Shown here piece by piece: positions 29,517 through 40,050 of a stretch of 64,000 nucleotides of DNA (position 1 is its first letter; the number at the start of each line of letters is the position of its first letter). Where the stretch lies: assembly GCA_028023455.1 (NCBI GenBank), contig JAQFVV010000004.1, positions 12,028,001 through 12,092,000 on the forward strand, read 5' to 3'. A program made the position numbers and the translations under genes. The notes under the pieces were generated by a model that saw only the letters and a list, made by a program, of their open reading frames with translations, searched no databases and was not told where the DNA came from. The stretch comes from Epiperipatus broadwayi (Eukaryota > Animalia > Onychophora).

Positions 29517-32082
29517 GAAAACATGTGACTCGTAAACATAGTGCAGAATTCGACCACCATACAGAACAGCAGCACCATCGAGTAGCAAAGCCACCCGTGG
29601 TACTGAGTTCGAACATAGTTTATCGGTTCCACAATACAATCCACGAAACAACGCATCTGATGGGATATTAGTAAATATTTCCTTAGGCACGGTGGTCAGG
29701 GATATGCAAGAGACTCATTTTATTCTCGAGTTAGCCAATAATCAAACTAATATTAATTAAACATTCATATTTACATAATCGAGGAAATATTATATAGAAT
29801 GGGTATCGAATAAATGAAACGTAACTGCAGACATATAGTTTAAAATTATTTATTAATACATTTTAATAAAACAATCATTAATAATATTTTATGGACTAAC
29901 AGCTTCAGTAGCAGGATTTGCAACATGATTATACTTTAAAGAATACATTTATTTATTTAGACATTATTTTATATTGAGGATTTCAGTAGCGGTATTTCCG
30001 ATACTGAAATGTTTACAAAAGGAATTCACTTATTTGAAGGCGTAATCTAGCTACCTAAAATTTTCGAGTAAGTATTTGTAATGCATGCCTTGGGGAATTT
30101 ATACCTTTGCAATGCAAGAGTCTAAAGTATGGGTTATAAGAGTAATGGCGGACATATACTTATTTAATTAAAATATTTATTTATAACTAAGGGCAAACAT
30201 TTATTTGAGAGTGAATTATGAAGATAATGCAGAGGCGGAGTGATATCTAGAATAATAAAACCAAGTAAAGGAACACGTGGTACGCTTTAGAAAGGTGATA
30301 TGGAATGGCAGTATATTGAAACTGCAATGCCGCGAATGAGTTTATAAAACTGTCGGGCTGGTCTCTGCCATGGCCCAACAAAGTAAGGTGTCACATAAGC
30401 ATAACCAGGGACAAGCGGTATGTGTCACAATTTGCCAGCTGGATGCATGACAGGTCAAATCCTACGGGAGCATTTATTATGTCCGCTTGTGTAGGACGAC
30501 GGGGTTAATTTCAACCCTGAAGAATCCGGAAATTTCACGGCGGAATGGGTCATCGCATCTCTAAAACATAACACATGTATACTTATAAACGGTTATGATA
30601 AGATTTAAATGGATTTCTAATTCGGCCCGACATTATCAACATTTACTAAAGAACGTTGGTGACTCTCAAAGAAATGTAATTCTTCTATGGAATTATTCAT
30701 GATAATTTAATAAATACCAAACATATATAAATTGGGAATTATTATAACTAATGCGTCAGCCATTTGCGAAGTAGTAGACCCTGCATTACAATAAATGAAG
30801 CATTGAATGCGTGTCGATTTATATGAAAGTTAAGTTATTAAAGAAAGTAAATATTAACGAAAATTTGACACGCATTCATTGTTTTAAGCGATCATAGATT
30901 TAAACTTTGAAAATTGAAATAATTATGAGCATGCAATAATTAAATAATAACTATAGATAGAAATGTAGATTATACAAATACGCACCCAATATAGAATGAG
31001 GTAAGCTAGATTAGTAGAGAAATTTACACATTAAGTTAATTATTCAGTTTTAGCTATACATATGGTAGTTTTTACATTTTATAATTTAGATAAGGATTAT
31101 GAAGAAGAGTTATAGCATATTATTAGAGTACTCTAGAGTTTGAACACAGACAGGTACCTGTTTTATAATAAGTTTTCTGATTCCATTAGTTTAGCAGCAA
31201 AAAGTTCACAAGTGGCAAGTCTTTCTTGTATTTAGATATTCATTTAATTTCATGGCAGCAGCAGCTTTCTCATTCATTTCAGGCAGCAGATCTTCATGGT
31301 GAATTTATGACGGGCAATGAAAGTTCAACATCCGATAGGCCATCTCCCGATGGAGAATAATCTAGGTGCTTTACTCAGTCATACCTTGGCAGGAACAAAT
31401 TATTTTTATATTTTGGAGACTCTCAGTGATCGAGAGCAAAGCTAAAGTTTAAGTCAATGTCTCCAGCAAGTCTAAAATGGCCTCTTTTTTATCTTGATTT
31501 TTCACATTTTTGTGAAGATATTTTTAGGTTCTATTTAATCTGCCCTGAGGATAATCAATGCATTTAGTTGGTTTTTTTTTTAATTAAAGAAAGCTGCCGT
31601 TCTATTGTTTACATTTTACATTTCCTAATTACATTTTGGAGAATTTTTCTTTAATTAATCTATTATCTATCACTGACCGATGCTTTTAAATTTCAAAAAC
31701 AAAAAGGGAACATAAGATTATTTTAACTTTTAATTAAATATTACATCAGATATTTTTAGAATTATTATTAAATGAAATTTAAACAAAGCAATAAATACGA
31801 ACTTTATAATCCAAAATAAATGATTAAAATTATACAAAATTATATAACTAAAAGAAATCTAAATTATATTATTTTATCCCTATTTATCGCCTTTAATTTG
31901 AGATCGAAATGTGTGCATGTTTATGCTGAATTCTACATATATTTGTACATTTTTAATATTGTTACACACACAATTCGATACCAAAAAGTTTAAATTTGGG
32001 CGGGATAGACCGGTCAGTGAGAGACGACAGAAAAAGGTGAAACTTAAGATTCGAATACGAATCTTACTGTTTCAATATTTAT
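29517..32082. mobile_element. Unclassified 2,566-bp insertion flanked by a 7-bp direct repeat ATGGTCA (29510-29516, 32083-32089)
   Basis: Deleting the insert plus one repeat joins RHNSDH to YNVNNKPW in frame. No clear TIR, LTR, poly(A) tail or long ORF. Confidence 0.85.
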
Positions 32083-33039
32083 ATGGTCACTATTATGACG
32101 TTGTTTATAATGCTTCAATACAGTAGATGATAGCATTTGTTTATTATAACCCACTTGTATTAAATCTTGCATATAACATTTTATATTATCTTTCATAAAC
32201 ATTTCATTTGAACACAGTCGTTGATTACGTGTTAAAAAAGCTCTAAAACCAGCTAATTTGTGTACTAAATGAACATTAGATGTTGGATGAATGTAACCTC
32301 TATTATCTATATGTTTTACAACCATTTTATATATTAATTTACCATCTATCCTTGATATTTGAAAATCTAGGTATTTAATACTAGAATTGTCTTCTCTTTC
32401 TATTGTCCAAACTAAACCATCTTGGTTCTGCAAACTATCAAAAATTTGCTTTATAATGTCTGGTAGCCCATATATCAAAACATCATCCACATCTCTACAA
32501 TATAATGTATTCTCATTTCTTACTAATATGGGATGCACAATTCGCTGTTCTATATTATCTACAAACAAATTACTTAATAATCCACTTACAGCCAAACCCA
32601 TTGGCCATCCTTTTTCCATTCTATATAAGTTACTACCATGTGCTGCAACAATATCATTGCTTATCCAAATTAAAACATCTATAATGAAAAATATTTTATC
32701 CTGTGGCATTTCTTTAGCACACAATTTATCTCTCAAAATTGTAATAGATGCAGATCGATCCACTGATCCATATAATTCCACCACATCCAATGAAACAAAC
32801 TCGTAATCCTTAATTATAGCTGTTTTATTAAGTATAGTAACACAATCAAATGATGATTTTAATGTATATTTTCCAAACCCAACAAAATCTAAAATCCACT
32901 TAACTAAAATTTTTGCTAGCTTTTGATAATATGCCCTTCTAAAATCCTTCATTAATCTTAAAGGAGCATTAAGCTTATGTGTTTTTACATTTGAAAACAT
33001 TTGCGGAATAAAAGTTGTTGATGGATAAACTTCCCTATA
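32083..33039 (-). CDS. Penelope-type reverse transcriptase (motif 1 to thumb), open but 5'-truncated
   Basis: 'VKTHKLNAPLRL', 'FVSLDVVELY', 'GWPMGLAVSGLLS', 'YCRDVDD' (DVDD where YxDD is expected), 'IKYLDFQI'. The frame runs to the inversion junction. Confidence 0.92.
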
Positions 33040-33092
33040 TACAATGAAATGTTAGATTCATCACCTAGGAGAAAATAGAATTGTTTACACTG

Positions 33093-33128
33093 CCTTGATA
33101 AGGACTCGTAAGAGTTGAAAGTGCTTGG
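33093..33128 (+). ncRNA. Atypical PLE pLTR hammerhead motif (U3-A8 core)
   Basis: CC UUGAUAA G GACUC-GUAA-GAGUU GAAA GUGC UU GG; proximal stem I only 2 bp. Confidence 0.55.
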
Positions 33129-33249
33129 AAATAATATTTGTTTTTTATTTATTTATATTAAACTCTGTATTAACAATTGATACGAATTGTTATTTATATT
33201 ATTTAATAAATTATTTAGAATATTACTATTCTGTCACACTATTTTCTTA

Positions 33250-33960
33250 ATGCCAAAAATATTATGATTACTCTTAAAATCTTATAAAAAGTTGATTAAA
33301 GATGCAAAGAAATAAAATCATATTCTTCTTATTTGTTGACATTTAAAAAAATTCTTATCAATATTATGATTTCTATTAACCAAATATCTCAACCAATTAG
33401 TAGGTCTATACTAAAATAATTTTTATAAATTCAACTTTTTTGAAACAAAATTATATTTTTAAAAATATTTAATTTCTTATTTCTATAAAACAAAAACTCC
33501 TTAGAGCTGCCTTTTATAACTAACAAGCTAAGAGCTAATGGATGGAATAATAGCCTTTAAATCTTTTCTCTTATCATAATGATTTCATAACAAACCAATA
33601 GCCTTTAAATCTTGCATTACTAATAAATCCAAAAAGCTTTTATTGAATAAAATTATATTTCCTTCTTTCCAAAATATATTGTATAAAAAGATCAAAATTA
33701 TTAAATTTATTCAACATTTCTTCTAATTTATTATTTTCTACTATAGACAAACAATTGTCAATAAACTAACAAACAGTTTTAAATATTGTCAATAATTCTT
33801 CCAAATAATTAAAAGCTATTATCCACATTTCTTTAATCATATAAAACTTATCTCTATAAACCGGATACATAAAATTCCTCAATTATAAATGTATAACTTT
33901 AAGAATCACAATTTTCTTTATAAAGATTCAGATGAATTTCAATACTGCTCAATCTTTTAA
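33250..33960 (-). mobile_element. Degenerate LINE RT remnant
   Basis: 'PVYRDKFYMIKEMWIIAFNYLEELLTIFK' resembles the PGxDxI..MLK...LxxIFN segment before RT motif 1. Confidence 0.4.
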
Positions 33961-34088
33961 CAGTTTGAAACATATTTTCTATATCAAAACTTCCATATAC
34001 TCAATGATCATGCCTACTCTATCAAAAGCCGCAAAAGAAGATGAAACATTACAATTACTAAATTTGACACTTTTAAAATATTAAATTA

Positions 34089-34190
34089 CTTTTTTTTCTC
34101 ATGTGTCATAGCATCAGCCAGGCAGTGAACCCGCTAACCCGGGACAATTGCTTATAAAGCATCCATCGCTGACCTCCTGTCCACCAATGC
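34089..34190 (-). mobile_element. Older tRNA-derived SINE copy, same family as 63063-63173
   Basis: GCATTGGTGG...GGGTTCACTGCCTGGCTGATGCTATGACACATGAGAAAAAAA matches the 63 kb copy. Confidence 0.7.
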
Positions 34191-35146
34191 TTACTCACAC
34201 TATCAGGATCTTTTGTTGAACAAACACACCATTAATTAATTATTCATTTATCATCTCTCTTAATACATCTTCTTTATATTAACAAAACCACGATCTGCCA
34301 TCACAAAAATTATGAAGACATAAATGATTAATTTAGCCTCGAGATATTTAATCTTAGCAGGCTTAATTGATAATTTTTTTTTATTTTATGAACTTTTACT
34401 GAATACTGTTCAATGCTTATTTTTGTTCATCGTTTAAATTACTAGATTCGGCAGATAGGACAGAATTAGTTATCTTTATCAAAAATTTATATCCTACAGT
34501 TAAAATAATTAGAGAAAAGTTAATTATTATTACTATATTTGCAATTCTCTATTTATAAATATACTATTATTAAAACCAATCTTATAAACGTTTCCAAACA
34601 AACAATTTAATTTTAATTCATATTTCTTAAGATAAAATTTAGATCTATGAATTCAAAATTTTAAAAATATGATTTTATTTCTTTGCTTTCTAAATTGTCT
34701 TCTTATAAAGTTTTCAAACTGAATTATAATATGCTTAGTAATAAAAAAAATAACTCGAAGAGTGACATTCTGAATAATTTATTGAATAATATAAAAGAGA
34801 AAATTGATAAACAACTCATTAAAAAAATATTAATATCTTGGGTTTTTTTTTATATAAAAATTATTTGATAAACATCCTTTTAAATATTTTAATCTTTTCT
34901 TTTTTTCTTTAAAAAAAATGAATAAAACTTTACAAAAAAAATTATCCCCCCCCCCCATCCCAATTTTTTTTTCTTCTTTAAACACAGACCCAATAAAAAT
35001 TGCATTCCATCTTTATTGTTAAAAGGAGTTGCCTTGGCAGCAGGTTAAGATTTTTGGTTACTATTGATATTGGAAATTAGTAAGTGTTAACTGATTTTAA
35101 TGATTATTATAAAAGTATTTTAAATTTGTCACATGATCATTTAACG

Positions 35147-35237
35147 TATTAAAACAGGCAAAACTCTCCATACAGTAGTGCCACTCCATGCAAGCCAGAG
35201 TGGCACTACTGTATGGAGAGTTTTACCTGTTTTAATA
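35147..35237. repeat. Near-perfect hairpin: 40-bp arms, one mismatch, 11-nt loop
   Basis: Arms at 35147-35186 and 35198-35237; a 16-bp direct repeat tgatcatttaacgtat lies at 35134-35149 and 35273-35288. Confidence 0.92.
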
Positions 35238-36939
35238 ACAGTTATGAGCATGCATAAGAAATGGTGATCATGTGATCATTTAACGTATATAAATCTTTTA
35301 ATAACTGTAATCTAGCTAAATTAAAAATTAGGTTATTCTGAAACTGACATGGCATGAAATAATTCTTTTCAATATATTAAACCAGGCAGTTGGCTAATGT
35401 GAAAGTAGTAAGGTTATGTAATTATTCACATTTAGATAGAGTTTATTTAAATCTATTATCATTTCAAATTCCATAACTTACTTTATTTAATATTTATAAT
35501 TATTTGATTTCTAAATTAACTACTAGCATATGTTAAAAATGAGTTATAGTCTTCCTCCTTTGAAAAAGTAAGTTATGATTTTATAACTTATATTATGATA
35601 TTAACAGCTATTTTAAATATTAATTGACTTCAAATTTTTATGGTTAGCAAATTAATCTTATTATCACTAAAAGCATGAAATATTAATAATACATTCTATT
35701 TCTTTATAATTTTCTAATGCTAACATCAAGTATTTATTTACAGCTAACCTACATTCTTTGAATAATTAATTATGATTCCATAATTAATAGAATTATATTA
35801 ACATCACATGATCACCATATTAACATCTGAATTCAATATATTCATTCCCAAATTTCAACATGATTGACAAACTAAACTTATTATCATTGAAAGCAGAAAA
35901 AAATACATATTCCATTTTATTTCTTAATAATTTACTAATATTAAGTAAGTGGAGTTATGTTGTTATTCATAACTAGAAAAAACTTAGTTAACTCCTATAT
36001 TATTTTATATTCAATAATGGTATGCTTTATTTCATATTTAAAAATTATTAACATATTCTTGTTAAAAACATATTAAGATTATTGATATTACATTTCATAG
36101 CAATAAATGTGGGGAAAAAACCATCTATTCTAGTACACAATGATACAGAGAAAAAATATTTGTGTCAAATTTACAATAATAAAAATAATACAATACAATA
36201 TACAACACACTTTATCTCTAATAATATTAATTGATGTTGGCTACTAAAAATCACCACAAATGGCAGATAATGGAATGACCTTTAGATATGAAGGCCAATT
36301 GTGGATATCAAATAAATAGTCCATGACCAAAAATTTCTGCAGCCTTGCAGGATAAGAATTTGGTTCATCAAAGGCTAGGCATTGTTTTCAATGCAAACAG
36401 TATTTTCTGTCTCCTTCTTTAGTTGTGTAAGTTACTGTAGGAACCAATTGTTGTGCTCTTCTCAGGTCATTGGTCATCTCCTTACAATAACTCTGATATT
36501 GGGTTGTTTGGGCAACAATGTTTCCACATTTTAACTACATGCACAATATTTCTGATACCAATATACTTTTTCCCTTTTTTTAAGCTCAAGCTATTAAAAA
36601 TTAAGAAAGCAATTATAGAGACAGGTTTAATAAGTTTGCAATACTTAGTTATAATATTTGCTTAAGGCCATACAATAATTAATGAGTCAGTTTCGAACTG
36701 GATTTACGTAAGGCAGGAGTTTCAGATAGCAAAAAATTATGTTTAGGCAAGCCCTATTTACTGATCCCCCTATCTATTACAGAGGGAAGGGCCTATAAAG
36801 TATGGTCTGTCTCACACAGATTATTGAAACTGGTGGATTACTCATTTCAGTAGTAGAAATAATAAGACTAATAAGAATATGTATTTTTTTTTCTAAATAT
36901 AGGTAAATGGAAATTGTAAAGTTTATTTGATAAAAATAC

Positions 36940-37295
36940 TCCAAGAGCAGAATGGAGAGCTGCACTTGTGGCTAAAGAATGGTAAGATTTAAGGTGAATA
37001 TATTTTGCTCTTAGAAAAACTTGATCAACAGATGGATGAATACAAGTTTTTTTTTTTTTTGTAAAGGCACGTCAATCAGCGAAAGAAATGTGCATGGTGT
37101 TGGATTTGCTGTAAAAATTTAATCCAATATCTTCTATTATTGGAATGCCTTATAGCATCAATAAAAATTAATGATTTTAAAACTTGCCTTGCATAAAGGA
37201 ACTAGAGTTTATATTATCAGTGACTATGTCCAATCTTAGATTCAGAGAAGGAAAGCTTTTATTCCTTGATGGAGAGCATCATTACAGCAATCTGT
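36940..37295 (+). mobile_element. RTE-like LINE endonuclease remnant
   Basis: 'HGVGFAVK', followed by broken PYSIN..LMILKL, IIS.YV and KESFYSLM segments. Confidence 0.6.
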
Positions 37296-37350
37296 AGTTG
37301 TTGTGTTTACACTGTAGTATGGCTGTAAATACTACTCCTGATTATTTAAG

Positions 37351-37550
37351 AATAACACACAATCCAAGAAAATAAATATCAATATATTTATTATAAGCAA
37401 TCATAATACAAATATATACAACATTTATATACAAAATTTTGTTTCTACTAAAAATAACACACCCCTAGAAAATAAATATAAATATATTTATTATATGAAA
37501 TTATAATACAAATATATACATTTATGTACAATATTTTGCCTCTGTTATGG
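37351..37550. repeat. ~102-bp imperfect tandem duplication
   Basis: Units start aataacacac at 37351 and 37453. Confidence 0.8.
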
Positions 37551-38289
37551 TTGACAAATTATACAAGTTTAGCTATTAGTGGGCAGTTAATGTTTGAGAA
37601 AAAGTGCAGTTACTTTCCTATTGAGATCCCGAGGACTTGTCTTATATCATGTGCAGTTATATTGATGATGGTAATCAGAGGTTCCAGCTCCAGATTTGAG
37701 AACCTACTCACTGTAGCCTAAAATAGTATTGTGGATAATGTATATACTACCACTCAATGTCTCACAGATGCCTGTTTGTTATCTGATTTTCCCTTTCAAA
37801 TGGACCTCTATACATATAAAAAAAACACTATCCTTACTGAAAAAGAACAGATTCACTAACCTAGCTTTTCAAGTGGCCTGCTTGCGCCAGTGACCATTTG
37901 TTTTCTTTTATCATTACGCCATTGGTCAATTTTTTGTAAATTGAATCCATTTTTGATAACATTGTAATAAACACAAATTAATTATTCATAGGTATGCTTT
38001 TTCTGAGTTAAGATAAGTTCATAATGTAGTAGTTATTATTTATAAGGTATAAAAAAATCTCCAGAATATTAAATAAAAAAATGTGATTACTAATTTATTA
38101 TTTACTATTTTAATATTCACTCTTATATTAACACTTTAAAAAATAAATAAATCTCTATAATGGTTTAAAAAGACAAAAGCTTAAGTACAAATGCTTACAA
38201 GAATTATATACAAGTTAATAATATAAAAGTTATATTATTTTCCTGAGCTTCAGGTACTATAATGCATAATATTTGTGTAGTGTAATTTT

Positions 38290-38525
38290 AATTATACCAT
38301 TGGCCAACTGATGAGTGCTGGTTCAGCATAAAATATACATCTTGGGGAACAGATTTTTTTTCACATGCTTTTATCCATATGTTTATGATTACATCCCTCC
38401 ACAACATGTTAAAAGCGGATAGAATTCATCCCCCATCTTGCTTTGTGAGTGGTGTAGTGAAAATGACACTACGGAAATATTACTCATTATTGGATAATCT
38501 CTAGTCTAATGAGTGAATAATAAAA
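38290..38525 (+). mobile_element. Hammerhead-repeat relative with an alternative 3' tail (variant C)
   Basis: gccaa CTGATGA G TGCTG-GTT-CAGCA T AAAA tataca tc ttgg (GAAA mutated); 3' part matches 15241-15395 instead of subfamilies A or B. Confidence 0.75.
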
Positions 38526-39589
38526 ATTATTAATATACTTCAGGTATTATAATTTTATAATGAATTTTTATATATGTAATACTTGAATAAATTGGGATAA
38601 AAAGAAGCAAGCAATGGCAAATTATCTTTAGTAACATCCAGCAAATGTGTCGTATCATTAATGAGTTTGATCATATCGCCATGATTGCTAAACCTGATTT
38701 CAATGGATAACAACACACATTTATTTACTTACACTAGACAATTTAGATCAATTAATATTTCAATAAAAAAATAAGTGGATATCATTTTTAAATTCATTAG
38801 TTGAGAACAACGTCCAATAAACAACAAATAAGTAAACAGATTTTAATATTTTAATAAAAACATCTGTTGTAAAATTTTAAATTCATTTTATAGGCAATTT
38901 TCCTTCGTACTATAATTAGTTTGATTAATACTGCTGTATAGCACTTTAGTATAAATAAATTAAAATTAGATTAAAGAATATTAAATTTTAATTAGAGAAC
39001 ATTTTTTTTACCTTAATTAATTCTGCTAGATAAACATTTTTAATTGAGTAGTAAATTAAAAAAAAAAAGTCTAACCTCAAAAGTTCTTTTGATTTAAAAA
39101 AAAACAACTTTCTCTGCTTTGTATTTGCTGCTCCCACTTTTTACAAAAGTTAATCACAAACTTTTTTTTCATTTATATAATAATAGATACTGACTTTGAT
39201 TACTAAAAAAAGAAAACTTTAATTTACTCACCATGTGATAGTGACATTTAATACAAGCTTCAAATATTTTTAAAGATCTTCAATCAGAATCAATAAAAAT
39301 GAAAAAAAAAAAATAAAAATAAAAAAGCAATGAAAAGCCAAAGGGCAAATGAAGCAAATAATTCAATTAGTAAAAACTGTAATATATATACATTACGTAA
39401 TATGAACATATGTATATATTTGAAATGCAATATTAGTTTTAAAAATATAATAGTGAGAAACAGATGAAATAATTATCTTTTTAGTCATTTACATTTTAAA
39501 GTTTTCCTCAGTAGCAATAAAAAAAATCTAATGATTTAGTTTCAATAATAATTTATTATTTCTAATGTATACAGTGATGTCTAACCAAC

Positions 39590-40050
39590 ATACGAGGTTT
39601 ACATTGTTGTTCTAACTATCTTGTTATTTCCATTTGGTGTTCTGTTGAGTCTATGTTGTGCAAGATGGTGTGAACATTAAATCTTTCACGTATTTGTTAT
39701 CTGATTGTTACCCCCCCCCTTTTCCCTTGTTGTTAGTTTGGCATATTGTATAGTGTCCAAGTGTCCTCAAATGCTTTTGATGATGCCAGAAGTTGGTCTC
39801 TCTTCTGGATTTTAATCATTGTTTTGGAAAAAAGCTGTGTTATAAGAGGTTGTGGGTGTTCCATGATTAGTTTACAGCGGGTAACCCATATGGCATAGTT
39901 CAAAAATATTGAGAGACATATTATTGGGTAGGTTTTAGTATTGATACTATCCTTCAGAGATGAGATCAGTTGGAAATCTATCTTGGTTGGAGAGTATGAT
40001 TTCTCGGATCACTCTGAGTCTTGTACATTGTGAGAAGAGGTGATCTGATT
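39590..40050 (-). mobile_element. L1/Tx1-like LINE 3' remnant
   Basis: 'DHLFSQCTRLRVIRE' (zinc-knuckle tail) and 'YAIWVTRCKLIME'. Confidence 0.5.

Larger units (their letters stand above)
28859..33204 (-). mobile_element. 5'-truncated Penelope-like element with inverted pLTR arms (28859-29023 and 33039-33204), interrupted by an insertion
   Basis: The ~165-bp arms are reverse complements with few mismatches; they enclose a PLE RT and a GIY-YIG endonuclease. Confidence 0.93.

Noticed and set aside
29517-29535. Weak inverted similarity to 32055-32073 as a TIR of the insertion
   Set aside because: Gapped, several mismatches, and offset 9 nt from the TSD; also no TC/CTRR ends for a Helitron call.
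32387-32806. 139-aa + strand ORF
   Set aside because: Antisense shadow of the PLE RT.
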